64,000 nucleotides of DNA from Lama glama (Eukaryota). The stretch spans positions 41,418,001 to 41,482,000 of the forward strand of contig CM052817.1 in NCBI GenBank assembly GCA_028534125.1, read 5' to 3'. Below the pieces are notes generated by a model. It was not told where the DNA came from. It saw only the letters and a program-made list of their open reading frames with translations, and searched no databases. Positions 37,449 through 50,486 of this stretch are shown one piece after another (positions within the stretch are counted from its first letter, which is position 1; every line of letters starts with the position of its first letter). A program made the position numbers and the translations under genes.

Positions 37449-40400
37449 ATCAGTCTGACAATCTGGTCTCTTAATTGGGATATCTAATACATTTATCTTT
37501 AATGTAAATACAGAATATTTGGGTTTAACTCTAACATCTTACTATTTGTTTCTTATTTGTTCCACTTTTTTTAGTTCCTTTTTTCTCTACTTTCCACTTT
37601 CTTGAATTAGTTAAGTATATATTTTTATTCTACTTTCTCTTCTGTTAGCTTTCTAGTTAAGCTACCAACCTTTAGGGGTTACCCTAAATTATAACGTGCA
37701 TACTTAATTTATTCAATTTCTAATATAGATGAATGCTTTTATCAATTCCTAGACCTTGAATTATATTAATTCCATTTTCTGACCATCCAATTTTGGCTGT
37801 TCTTTTCATACATTTTATTTATCACATATTTCAAACTCTACAAGATACTATTACTACTTTTTTTTGTAAAGGTGAGCTTCCTTTAGTCACCCACATATTT
37901 ACTTTTGCTCTTTCTTTCCCATTGCTCTTTCTTTCTTCTAACATCTACTAGTTTCCATCCGGGATCACTTTCCTTCTCTGCTAAGTCTGTTGCCAGTGGA
38001 ATAATGTTTTGAAAATGTGTTCATTTTGCTTTCATTTTTGAAGGCTCTTTTCACTGGGGAAAGATACTGAAGTGGGCACTCTGAAGCACTTTGAAGGCAT
38101 TCCACTGTCTTCTGGTTTTCATTATTTCTGTTGAAGACTTTAATCAATCCTATTGTTGGTCATTTGAAGGTAATATGTCTCTTTTGTCCAGCTGCTTTAT
38201 AGATTTTTCTCTTTGTATTTGGTTTTCAGTAATTTGGCTATGATGGGACTAAATATGGTTTTCTTTGTATATATTTTGTTTGGAGGTTGTTGTGCACATT
38301 GTCTATGACTTGATGTGTTTTCATTGCTTTAAGAAAATTCTTGAGTGTGATACCTTCATATATTGTTTCATTCTTTCCCTTGCTTCAGGGGTCCAGATTA
38401 CAGATATGCTCAACTTCTCTATCATGCCTTATATGTCTCCTATGTTTTGTTTTGTTTTGGTTTTGGTTTTCTGTTGTCTATCCTAGGTTCTCTCCAGTCT
38501 TCTATCTGGATATAGTCCACCTGCCAATATTGAGTTTTTAATCTTTTTCTTCAGCTGTGTCTTATCATATTTTAAACCCACCTATTGAGTTCCAAGCTTC
38601 AGATATTGTATGCTTCAATTCTAGAATCTCTATTTGATTTTTAAATAAGATTCATTTTCTCTGCCCACGTTTTCCATTTTATCCCTGATTTTTATAAATC
38701 CATTATAGTTATATTAAACTTTGTGCCTGACATGTACAGTTTTTTGATCTACTATTGTTATGTTTCTATTATCTTCTTTTTCTCTTGGTCTTCAGTAATT
38801 GGATCTTTTCTCCTGAAAAGATACCTGGCAATTTTTGATGTCATACCAGATACTCCTTATGGAAAAACTGTAGAGAAAATTTGAGGCCTGGATTTTGTTA
38901 ACATCCTACAGAAAATATTTACCTTTGCTTCTGGCAGGCAGTTAAGAAGGGACAAATCATTTTAGCCAAAACAGGAATTTTTACTTTTAAGGCTGATTTT
39001 TGATCTTTTTGGTTACTCTTTACTTCTAGATTACAGCCCTTCAGATGTTCCATCTGAAACCCTGGGTGTTTATCAGGATCCCTCTTTCGTGGTGTCTTGA
39101 ACACTGACTTGTGTCTTCCCAGCCCTTTGAGACTGCCAAAACTCTACTCAGTGCTGCCTATAAATCAGTAAAATGCCTTGAAGGGAAAAGCAGAGGTGAA
39201 TGGCAAGTTCATGTTCTCTTGTTGACCATCGTTAATCAAGCTGTTGCTATGTTGACAGGTCTCCAGGGCTTTCAAACAGATTTATAAATATATATTTTAA
39301 TTAGCTTTTATAGTTGTTTTGTGTGAGCAGGGAGAGTTGTGCTTTTAATAGCTGGCCTATCATAGTTGTAGGAGTTGCAAAGTTCTTACTCTTAATTGCT
39401 GCTGTATGCAACTTATTAAACAGAAAATTCAAGACAAGACCTACTCCTCTAAGAATTTATAGTTTACTTTGGAGAAAAACTCATAGAGAGAACTCTTTTC
39501 TAATAGTAGACTGTTACCATCTGTTTATACACTAAACTAAGTTAAGAGGATCTGGGAACTCTCTCAGGCCATGGACCATGCTTAATTAATTTCTATGTCT
39601 CAAGTAAATGCTTGGTAAATATGTTGTATTGAATGGACATGAAAACAAGTACTCTAGGAAGGAGTTCAGGGTAGAATAAAAGGATTGTGTGAGCGACAGT
39701 ATCCCAGCAGGGTTGACTAGGTCATAAAGGGTTTCTTGGTAGATGTGTAATGTTTGGGTAGGTTGAGGGGAGAATAACTCAGTTAAGTTCAAGAAGAAAA
39801 CATGTGCCAAGCCTGAAGGTAAAGCTGGCAGGCATGGGAGACCACGAGGATACCGGTCTATTTATAACAAAGAATTTGTTTTTGAAAGTAAGTACTAGAT
39901 GGGTAGAGTGGAGGCACGTGGTGGGAAATGGAGAATACCAGATTGTGGGATGTTGATTTTCTTCTGGAGGCAAAAGGGTTTTCACAGTACTTCCATGGAA
40001 TGCTGATAAAAGTTAAGCCAAAAAAATTTAAAAAGAAAGAAAAAAGACATTGAGGTTTGAGAAACATTGGTTTAAATGGATTTGTTTACTGCAAGATTTC
40101 TTTGAATCTTGAAAGTGTGCATGTGAATTTCCAAAATTGTTTAAGCTCAGCACACTTTTGTTTATAAAAGAACAGTGCTTCTTGGAACATATTTTGGAAA
40201 ATTGGGATATGTGGGCATTGAAGAAACACTTGCTGGAATGTTACGCTAGCATGAAGGACCCATGAAAGCTGGAGCTTTTTGGTGCTGTTCACAGTTCTAC
40301 CCCTTGCAGTGAGAAGAACATCTTGCAAAAGTATTTTCTCAGTCTATATTAATTGATTGAATTGTTGATTTTCGTGGATGAAGACTGAGATCAGGGTGAA

Positions 40401-41835
40401 GTCAGTTTTGTTTTGTTTTTTTTAACCAAGATTAATCTGATAGTATGGTATATGTGGACTGCAGAAAAAAGAAGCTAGAAGCTGAAAAACCAAAAAAGAA
40501 GCTGTTTGAATTGTCCAGAGCTAAGATTTTTTTTTCTTGGAACATCCTTGAAAATGGACACTAAAATGGGTAACAGTGATTTCTGTAAAGAGAATTGACA
40601 AGATTTAGTGATAGATGAAGAAGGAAGTAAGTTCTCCAAGTACTCAGAGAGTTTGGATGGCTCCGAGGACGATGGAGTCACTGTAGGGAAGAAGGAATTT
40701 CTGTCTAACACTTTATTCTATTTCATTCATGTAGTCTAATGATCTGATGGATAGGATCATGAAGGTAGTATCTAATTCCATGAAACTTTACCTTGTGTTT
40801 GAGAACTTTCTGTGTAGGAAGGATCACAGGTTTTTAAATAGCAAAGCTAGGGATGGGAGAGAGTTTGAATGAAAAATACAGAAAAAAACCCTTATTTAAC
40901 AAAATCATGCTGAATTTGAATGAAAGCAAATATTGTGCAGATTCTTACTTAGCCCACGAGGCAACTTTTCTTCCAGCGCTATGATATATACATATAAGGT
41001 ATGGTAATTAGAACATTTGAAATTTACAGTGATGAAGATTAGGTAATTATTTTGAAGTACTTCTTTTCCAAAAGAAAATAGAGTGTTCTAGGATTATTAT
41101 CAGGTAGGCTTGGATTTGGGGAATGAATAGGCTGTAAGATTGGAAATGTGGGATTTGTCTCGACATACTGAGAGTCAAAATGTAGGCAAACCTGAACTAC
41201 CACCATCACCCTCTACATCTGATCAAACCTTATGAGTCCCAGGGGAGCTGACTTCCCCAGATCAGAAGAGGCAATAGATGTAATGGAAGCAGCATAGACT
41301 TCAGACTCACAGACTGAGATTTAAATCCTAGGGAGAATAAGCTGCTTCTTAGCTTTTAGTCTACTTATCTATAAAGTGGGAATAGTCAGTGTCTCACAGG
41401 ATAGTGGTGAGGATTAAGTAAAATATAATTAGGCATGTGTGTATATGTCAATGAATGAATGCTGTGTTACAGTTCTTTAGATACACCTTCTACCTGCCAA
41501 CCAGACTTGCTTTCAATCTAAAAGTCATGTGTCCATTAATTTTGCATCTAGGGATCTTGAAAGATGCTACATTTGTGATGATGACAGTTAGGAGTGATGA
41601 TGACATTGATTTAATGATGATTACCAGAAACAGAAAACATTTTCAAAGGATTTACAAGTAAAATACGGTAGTTATAAGGGTCAGATGTTGGTGGGAATAG
41701 AAAAACAAAATTGTCCTTGATGGAAATGTTGTAAATACATAGGTAGTAATGTCAAGAATAAAAAGGAAGTGAATCTAAAGAGCAAAACATGACTTTTCAC
41801 TAATTGTAACTAACATCTCCCTTCCATTACACCAG

Positions 41836-42002
41836 TGAGAAGAAACTCATTACAGATGCCCTTAATAAAAATCAGTTTCTGAAGAGACTGGATCCTCAGC
41901 AGATCAAAGACATGGTGGAATGCATGTATGGGAGAAACTACCAGCAAGGGAGTTACATTATTAAGCAAGGAGAACCAGGAAACCATATCTTTGTGCTGGC
42001 AG
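41836..42002 (+). CDS. PRKG2: PRKG2 coding exon 2 (start of CNB-A)
   Basis: accag|T GAG AAG AAA CTC... gives (S)EKKLITDALNKNQFLKRLDPQQIKDMVECMYGRNYQQGSYIIKQGEPGNHIFVLA. Donor G|GTGGGT. 167 nt, phase consistent. Confidence 0.96.
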
Positions 42003-42204
42003 GTGGGTTTTACAGATTTGTCTAGTCATTATATAACAAACATTTGCCTGTTGTTTAATAACTTTGTGCAGACATTTATAAAAATGCAAAATGGTTTGCT
42101 CTATTTGTAGAAAATATAACAAATTGAGCTCATGAAATAGTAATATTGTTGCCCTAGTCATCATAGTGATAATACTTAATATATCATGGTCCTCTAATCA
42201 TCAT

Positions 42205-42440
42205 GCGGATAACATTTACTGAATGCTTTCTGTGTCAAGCATCCTATTGAGTTCTTAATAGAGAGATCTCATTTCAACTCACCAACTCTGTTAGGCAGGA
42301 GCTATTATTTTAATGTTACTAATGTGGGCTGTGTCCCAGAGAGATTGAGTAACTTATCCAAGGCCACACAGCTCATTGTGGTGAGGGTTGAATGCAAATT
42401 TAAACAATCTGACTCAAGAGTCTGCACTTTTAATCACAGT
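42205..42440 (-). mobile_element. MIR SINE
   Basis: taacatttactgaatgct...cagagagattgagtaacttatccaaggccacacagct...tctgactc. Confidence 0.75.
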
Positions 42441-42660
42441 GCTACTCACTCAACAATCACAAAAAAGTGTTTGAAAGTATTCACAGTACTTCTGCTTGTG
42501 TTGACCTTTTTATATTGTTGTACCAGGAAAAAGAAAACAATTATTTTTGTGACTCTCTAAAATGTTTTGGTAATATACCAATGATTTCAAAAGATAATTT
42601 AGGTACATTTAACCAAGAGATGAATCAAATAGAATGCCTTAAGATTAAAACTGGTGTCTT

Positions 42661-42798
42661 ATTGGGGGGGTATTGGTAATTAGGTTTATTTTTCTAATTA
42701 ATTAATTTATATATTTTTAGAGGAAGTACTGGGGATTGAACCCAGGACCTTGTGCATGCTAGGCATGCACTCTACCACTGAGCTATACCCCTCTTCCC
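42661..42798 (-). mobile_element. tRNA-Ala-derived SINE (camelid Vic-1-like)
   Basis: Reverse complement GGGGTATAGCTCAGTGGTAGAGTGCATGCCTAGCATGCACAAGGTCCTGGGTTCAATCCCCAGTAC plus AT-rich tail. A and B boxes present. Degenerate TSD (42647-42660 / 42799-42812, 11/14). Confidence 0.85.
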
Positions 42799-44469
42799 AA
42801 GACTGGTATTTTTAGAACCATTTAAATGGCTTTCTCCATATATGATCACTTTAACATGCTTCCATGCTGGGTAGATTATAATGGTTAGATAGGCAAAGGA
42901 TTTATTTCTCAAATGCATATCAAATGCATAATAAATCTTATAGTGGAATTCAACAAATTATTTTTTAGATATAGAGGCAAGAAATTATCTGAACAGGGCT
43001 TATGGTTACTGAGTGCCCTGTCAAGTTCTGAACTGCCCCAACTCTTTGAGTTTTAGGGAAAAAGATTAAGCTGGCTTGCTCAGATAGAATGGTAACCTGG
43101 GATGAGCTGTGGCCTTTTATTTTGCACTATAGGTCCTGGCAATGTAATGCTTTTATGACTTTTGTTTCTTTGAGGCCTTACATATGGAGCAGAAGTTGCC
43201 TGTCCAAAGAAATTAATAAATGTGTATTATTCTATTCGTAGTGTATAAAAGATTGTTTTCTATATTTTGATTCTTTAAACATGCCAGTTTCATAATTATT
43301 GGTGTATTATTTGCCATATACATCTTTGTAGACATCCTTAAAATTATAGTCATTCACAAGCAATTCTATCCAAGCAGTGAATTATAGTCTTAATTTAGCC
43401 AAGCCTTCAAATTTTAGGGACAGGTGACCCAGAGCAACGTTCCCGTCTTTCAACTTTTCTGTTGGCCATTTCACTTCTATTTTAGTAACACGAGAGTATT
43501 CTGGCGAGAGAATCATCATTCCCTCTGGTCATTAAGTCAACCACTATTTATGGAACCTCCTAGGAAAAGGATGAGAAACTCATATCAACCCATCTGGTTG
43601 CTTGTCAATAACTCTGATGAAAGGCTTGAGGAGAGAAGGGTTTGAACAGAAGTCAGCATCAATACAGCCATTAAAGTCAGGGCTATAGCACACATGGAAA
43701 TGAAAATTGGGTGGTTTCTCAGTTGAACTGATTATGGTGTTATCTAAGAATTGAACTGTGTGATTTAATTGATTGAGCAAATTAGTTTGTTACTTTGAAA
43801 TCTCTCTTTTATGAAATATAGCATGAATAACAAAAGGTAAAATCATATTTAGCTTAAATTTTTGGTATTCCATATAACTGTTCAGTATTGCAAGTCCCAT
43901 GAGCCATAACCAACTAGAAAGGAAACTTAAAATGCATAAGATCTACAATATCAACTCAACAGTACAACTAAGTGGTTTCAATGGAATAGAATTTAGTTGT
44001 AATGATTAAAAATTAAATTGTATATCTAACCTATAAAATTCAGAGCCAAGACAGAATTTATTTCTTACTAGAATATAAATTCTAACAGAATAAATATCAT
44101 CTCTGTTTTGTCTACACTATCTCTCTGGCACCTGGACTAGTTCCTGGTACAACATAAGTATTCAGATCAGATCTGTTGAATGAATGAGTGGACAGTGATG
44201 ACCCAGAGCTACTTAGTGGTGATTTGGAGAAAGGAAAGACTAATTCTTGAAGGGGAAGAGAAATGACCCCACCATTTTCTTCCATTAAGAATATAGGTCT
44301 TTTTGCATATGATTTTGGTTTGGTAAGGCTTTATTTATTTGAAGAGAAAGGAGAAGCAAATTGCTGGGGCAAAAGAATTGTGAGGAAGTTGCCTCAAGTT
44401 CTGCCTCTTCCTTCCCCCAACCTTTATTTAAAGATTAGTGTCAAGGACTCCTCTTCCTTTTCCTTTTTA

Positions 44470-45565
44470 TGACTTTAATTTTTAGAGAGGTTTTAGGTTT
44501 ACAACAAAATTGATAGAGAGGAACAGAGATTTCCCATATACCCTCTGCCCCCAACACATTCATAGCCTCTCCTGTTGTCAACTTCACTCACCAGTATGGT
44601 ACTTTTTTTTTTTTAATCAAGGATGAGCCTACATTGATACATCATAACCACTCAAAGTCCATACTTGGTGTTGAACACTCTATAGTTAGGATAAATGTAT
44701 AATAACATGTATCCATCATTATAGTATCATGAAGAGTATTTTCACTGCCCTAAAAATCCTCTATGCTCTGCCTATTCATCTCCCACCCCTCACCCTTGGC
44801 AACCACTAATCTTTTTATTTTCTCCATAATTTTCCCTTTTCTAGAATGTTGTATAGTTGGAATCAGACAGTATTTAGCCTTTTCAGATTGGCTTCTTTCA
44901 CTTAGTAATATGCTCAGCTTAAGTTTCCTCCATGTCTTTTCCTGGGTTAATATCTCATTTCTTTTTAGCACTGAATAATATTTCATTGTCTGGATGTACC
45001 ACAGTTTATTTATCCATTTACCCAGTGAAGGACATCTTGGTCATTACCAGGTTTTGGCAATTATGCATAAAGCTACTATAAACATCTGTGTGCAGGTTTT
45101 TGTGTAGACCTAAGTTTTCAGCTCCTTTGGGTAATACTAAGGGGCACAGTTGCTGGATTGTATGGTAAGAGTATGTTTAATTTTGTAAGAAACCACCAAA
45201 CTGTGTTCCAAATTGGCTGTGCCATTTTGCATTCCCACCAGAGATAAGAGTTCCTGTTGCTCCACATCCTCTCCACCATGTGGTGTTGTTAGTGCTCCAG
45301 GTTTTGGCCATTCTAATAGGCATTGGTATCTCATTGGTGTTTTAATTTGCATTTTCCTGATGATATATGACGTGGAACATCTTTTCATATATTTTCTTTG
45401 GTCAATGCTAAAGTCTTTGGTCCATTTTTTTCATTGGATTGTTTTCTTATTAATGAACTTTAAGAGCTCTTTGCATATATTTGGTAGAACAGTCCTTTAT
45501 CAGATGTATCTTTTAGGAAAATGTTTCTCTCAGTCTCTGACTTGTCTTTTGTTTCTCTTGGTATT
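44470..45565 (-). mobile_element. L1MC-like LINE-1 3' fragment
   Basis: Same 3' end type as 14710-16125. ORF2 C-terminal remnant MKRCSTSYIIRKMQIKTPMRY in the ORF track. Confidence 0.85.
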
Positions 45566-46237
45566 ATTTTTCTCAAGCGCTCTTCTTAGTGACTTCGTGT
45601 ATTAATTCGTTGCAGTGATTGAGGGATTAGTCAACAAGCAAGGCATGGTGAAGTAACTTCCCCAAGGTCACACATCCAGGCAGGCTGACTCCAGGGTCAG
45701 GGCACTTCTCAGTTATGACAAGTTAGTCCTTCCGCCAGTGTGGACACCTCTTCTGTGTTTTCAAGACATGCAGTTATTGCTGTGTTCCTTGTACAAGAGA
45801 AATAGTTTAATGTGCTACATTTTTCATGAGGTAGAATGAATTTTAAGTAAAATACTTGCTTCAGGAAAAGAACTATGTAACAATGATAATGTTAACAATA
45901 GCTAACACTTACATGGCATTTACTATCGCTAGCCATGGTTCTATGATCGGTTTCTATAGTAACTTATTTACTTCTCACAACTGTATGAAATAATTATTAT
46001 TAATATTATCCCCATTATTGACGAGGAACCCAGGCAGAGTGGGTAGCTCAAGATGAATCAGCTAACAGTGAGTAAGTGGCAGAGCTGGCTTCAGTCTGCC
46101 CTCTTAACTGCTTTCCTATAATGAGAATCATATCTTACCTCTATGTTTTGTGTACTTTCTGATTGTTTTATTTTTTTAAATTTATGGAATCTAGGTGGAT
46201 TTTGATTATTTGTGTTTTCTTGCATCCTTCTTGATAG

Positions 46238-46351
46238 AGGGTCGACTGGAGGTGTTCCAAGGGGAGAAATTGCTATCATCCATCCCTATGTGGACCACGT
46301 TTGGGGAACTAGCCATTTTATACAACTGTACAAGGACCGCCTCTGTGAAAG
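46238..46351 (+). CDS. PRKG2: PRKG2 coding exon 3 (CNB-A phosphate-binding cassette)
   Basis: gatag|AG GGT CGA... gives (E)GRLEVFQGEKLLSSIPMWTTFGELAILYNCTRTASVK. Donor G|GTAACA. 114 nt. Confidence 0.96.
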
Positions 46352-47019
46352 GTAACAGGAGGGAAATGCTGTATTTTTAAATAATTACAATGATAAAGAT
46401 AATCTGTCATTATTGCATCCTGAGTCTTCTTATCTCCCATTGTGCCCCATATTCTCTTATTAATAGAAATATTATGCTTATAAAAGGATTTATATTGAAG
46501 CACTTGTCTAAATGATTCAAGCTTTAAAAACCTGTCCATCGGATACCTGTGTATAAAATATGATTATGGCTTTAAACAGAACTGATTCCAATGTTTGCTT
46601 TAGTTGCCACTTCACTTTTTCACTATGTAGATATTTGCCTTTGGCTCATCTAGAATGTTTGCTTTCTCTTCTCCATGAGGTTCTGACCATATTATAAACC
46701 AGAAACATTAATTAAACCAATGAAAATGTATAAATATCAAAAAGGATATGAATTAATTAATGAGAGTTCTCATGAGTGACTTTTGGGATTACTTCCATTG
46801 CTTCTCCTTAGGGTTCTTATTTTTATTGACTTTATTCATGGTAGTATTAGGTTTTCTTCTGAATTACTTAGATGTGGTGTTTCTCAAGGTTTGGGACCAG
46901 GTTATGTGTGTTAGTACTGTTGCCGTATTTGATAAAAATGCAGATTCTGAGGCTCCACTCCAAACAATCTCTGACAATAGGGACAAGGGATCTCTATTTT
47001 TAACAAGAATGTCAAAATA

Positions 47020-47147
47020 GAGTATGAAAATGAATATATGTATATTCACATATCACTGAAGAATTGTGCTGTACATGAGAAATTGACACAACATTGTAAA
47101 CTGATTATACCTCAATTAAAAAATTAATAAATACAAAAATAAAAATA
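47020..47147 (+). mobile_element. Young L1 3' tail with perfect 15-bp TSD, beside a MER5-like remnant
   Basis: TSD aagaatgtcaaaata at 47005-47019 and 47148-47162. aaattgacacaacattgtaaactgattatacctcaatt plus A-rich tail. Confidence 0.9.
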
Positions 47148-47922
47148 AAGAATGTCAAAATAATTCTAATTCACTTTAAAGTTTAGTAAACCAGAGATTT
47201 GGGGTTTGATATACTTTTTCAGTTCTCATCACTCCTTTAAAAGAATATATTTCTACCATAATTTCATGTAGACTTTTTAGAGCTGCTACTTCTGCTCCTC
47301 TTTCTTTGTAGATTTTATTCTTGCTTTTAATGTCTTTCCTATGAAGAGGTTTTCTCAAAAACTGTCTTGCATAATCTCTTTGAAAATGATTTTATATATT
47401 TTAAGTAAAAGTAACCATAGAGATTCTTAAAATATATTGGCTCTCATTAGCAACAATGTCTAAACAACATAAAAAGGCATAAAAACATACTCACATACAG
47501 AGATCTTTAGCTTTCAGTTATCTAGGTATGAATTCTTTACTCTCTGAATTGACTGCAGGCTGGCTAGCTTTCTCTTGTATCGCATTGTATCACAGCACAA
47601 ATCTAAAATACATCCTGATGATGCAGTGTATAATTAGGATTTGCAAACTAATTTTAATATCATCCCAAGCAAAACATAATTAGAAAGGAAATCTTTTGCT
47701 GCTCACTTCCAAATCATGGCTCATTTCAAAGCCAAAAATGATTTTATAAAGTTGCTTACTCTTTACATCACTACTTCCTTCCATTTGCATGCTTAAATAA
47801 TTCATTTTCCAAGATCTATCATTTTATGAGAGTATATGAAAAACTTATTGATGAACATTTTGGAATGTTTTCTTAATGGAAGAGCTAAACAATATTTTAT
47901 TATTTTCTTGACTCTTCTAAAG

Positions 47923-48028
47923 CTATTACCAATGTTAAAACATGGGCACTAGATCGAGAGGTGTTCCAGAATATAATGAGAAGGACAGCTCAAGCTCGAG
48001 ATGAACAGTACAGAAACTTCCTCAGAAG
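47923..48028 (+). CDS. PRKG2: PRKG2 coding exon 4
   Basis: ctaaag|CT ATT ACC... gives (A)ITNVKTWALDREVFQNIMRRTAQARDEQYRNFLR. Donor AG|GTAAGA. 106 nt. Confidence 0.96.
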
Positions 48029-50422
48029 GTAAGAAAAACACATTGGCAGTGGAAAGAGCAGAAGATGGGGTAGCCAGATTGTGGGGATGTTGGTTTTATC
48101 CAAGTAATTTTTTTTACTATAGCTTTTTTTCTTATTCAAGCATTTTTCACATGATTCAACCAAAGGAGCAAAAGTATTCTCTTGCAGTATGTGCTGCTGA
48201 TATTAAATTATTAGCTTTGTTCACTGATTTATTTCTCTTGCTAATTTTGCCCTTCTATTGATGGAGTCATTGTATATAGTATAGCAAAATGTGCAAAAAA
48301 ATATCCTAAAACATTCTCTTGGGTTTCTCAGTCGACTTTGAAAGACATCCTGTAATTTAGAAGTAGATAGCAAAAGACAATCTTTCTCATACTGCTTTGC
48401 TTAGAATAGTATTAAAATTAATTTCTTTTACTATCCTTATTCATTTTCTTTACCTGAAACATTTCCCTCATTTACATAGCCACACCATCTTCCAGATTAC
48501 TATTACTTATGGCAGATTAACTTGCCCAAAATGTTATTATGCTTGCCATGATGACATGGATCCTTGGAATATACACATCTTGTCAACTGTTCTGAACCCC
48601 CAACAACTTGGACGCATCAAGTTAAAGAGAAACAAATACCTATGTAACTGAAAAAGTCAGCTACGCGTTAAAAATTTTGTTTGGAAAGTTCCTCATTTAA
48701 ACTATTTCTGTGTGCTTTATGGGAGGTTTCACAGTCCCTGAAGCTGCAGTACAGCTTGTAATGAAATGTAACCGATGATAAGTGGTAGTAATACTAACAT
48801 GTTCTGTGGTTCTCCAAAATAAAGTCTTAGGTCTTTTTAAGTATAGTGGTTTTTATCGTGCATAACTAACCTGCCTAGCCAATGATTTTAGGGCTGTGCA
48901 GTGCCTAGCATATAGTGAGGACTTGATGACTATTGAATGAAGGCATTGTTAGTCAGTAGAACATTGCAGGCGTTAAGATTTCTCGTATGAACGCTTGCTG
49001 ATCTAGTCTCCTGGACACAGTCAGAGCTTCTGGCAGAGAGCTGCTATAATGGCAAGCAGGTGCCTTGCCTATAGGCCAGACAGTGCCTTAGCATCATATT
49101 GTGGGGTCTACCTAAGTATAGGTAATCTCAAAAAAAGTTATAAAACATAATAACAAAATGAGCGCCATCATTCTAAGGAGTAGAAAGTCAGCCATGTTTT
49201 TGGAGCTCTCGTTTGCACCCCCATGTCATTTCTTAGCCTTCCTTGGGGTATCCCCGCTCCTTGGAGTAGTCTCTATTCTGAGGTTCAGTGATCATACCCT
49301 TGGTATTCTTTATTATTTTGCCTATAGCTTCATTTAGCCTATTGTTGAACTTTACAAAATTGGTGTCATTTTTGCAACTCAGCTTTTTTCCCACTCTTTT
49401 TTAAGATTCATTTATTTGGCTAATTTAGTCATTTCTCCTCTTGAAGAGTTCTCTTAAGTGACTCGACCACAGTGCATTTATCTGCTCTCCCATTGGTGGT
49501 GTTTCAGTGTTTTGCAGTTACAAACAATTCTTATACACTGGCTCCTGGCTCCATGCCTCCTGGTGCGCGTGAGCAAGTGTCAGTCTAGAGCTCTCTTTTC
49601 AGAACTCAGACCTGATCACGTGTTTTTGGAGGAGCATCATTTTTTCCTTAGGGGTATCAAATTTGAAATGGTAAGAAAGAAGTATTCATCTTATAGAAAT
49701 TCTATCAACAGTCCTGTGTGAAAAATGGGTAAAATAGAAGACAAATTGCTTTAAAAGAATAATTGAATCACATTGATTGGTTAATCATATTGAGTGGAAT
49801 TTCTGGGGTTTTTTTCAAATAAAAGTTTCAGTATTCTATTTCATTCTCTGTATATTATTATCTGTAAAAGTGTTGCGATTACATGCCTCCGGCTACCATT
49901 CACTTTAAAAGACAGTACAATATGACTAATAATCAAAGATCATTTCCATGCTGATTCCTACCTTCCTTCCTAGATTCAGTCTTTACTTAATTATAAGGAT
50001 TTAGATGAAAATCTGATCCTCCTCTGGAAGGAGGGAGCTCCTTATGCATGTTAATAAAAGAGATATTGAGATGGGGAGAGAAGCACATTTCTGGATGTGA
50101 TTCACTTTGAAAACCAACAACCAATGTAAAATGTTTTTTTCCCCAAAGAGGCAAAATTTCATTTTTTTCTTTTTATATTATCTTACTAATTTTATTTATT
50201 TGCCTATAAGAAATGTCTGTGATTAAATATAATTATATAATTTAAATGTATTTGAAATTCAGTTATTTATGGGTAATATATTTGGCGGTTTACTTTGGAA
50301 CAATTAAAGGGCATTGTGTCTTTTTAAATGCATGCAAAGGTGTTTGAATCTACATATAGGTGTGCATTTCTAGTTTAATTCAGGAAGAGAATTAAATAAA
50401 GGTTTCTTTTAAAATTTTGTAG

Positions 50423-50486
50423 TGTATCCTTGCTGAAGAATTTACCTGAAGATAAATTAACCAAGATCATTGACTGCTTGGAAGTG
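50423..50486 (+). CDS. PRKG2: PRKG2 coding exon 5 (start of CNB-B)
   Basis: ttgtag|T GTA TCC... gives (S)VSLLKNLPEDKLTKIIDCLEV. Donor GTG|GTAAGA. 64 nt. Confidence 0.95.

Larger units (their letters stand above)
33790..39330 (-). mobile_element. Long degenerate L1M (L1ME/MD-like) element, interrupted by younger inserts
   Basis: ~5.5 kb T-rich antisense L1 sequence with ORF2-like remnants (34366-34554, HIKKCSPLLIIKEKQTKTTMRY) and ORF1-like remnants near 38 kb. Ends approximate. Confidence 0.75.

Noticed and set aside
42720..42792. Functional tRNA-Ala(AGC) gene
   Set aside because: Imperfect acceptor stem, AT-rich SINE tail and flanking TSD indicate a tRNA-derived SINE.
44750..45605. ORFs resembling reverse-transcriptase C-terminal peptides (also 14839-15377, 34366-34554)
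   Set aside because: Frameshifted remnants of old L1 ORF2/3'UTR, not genes.
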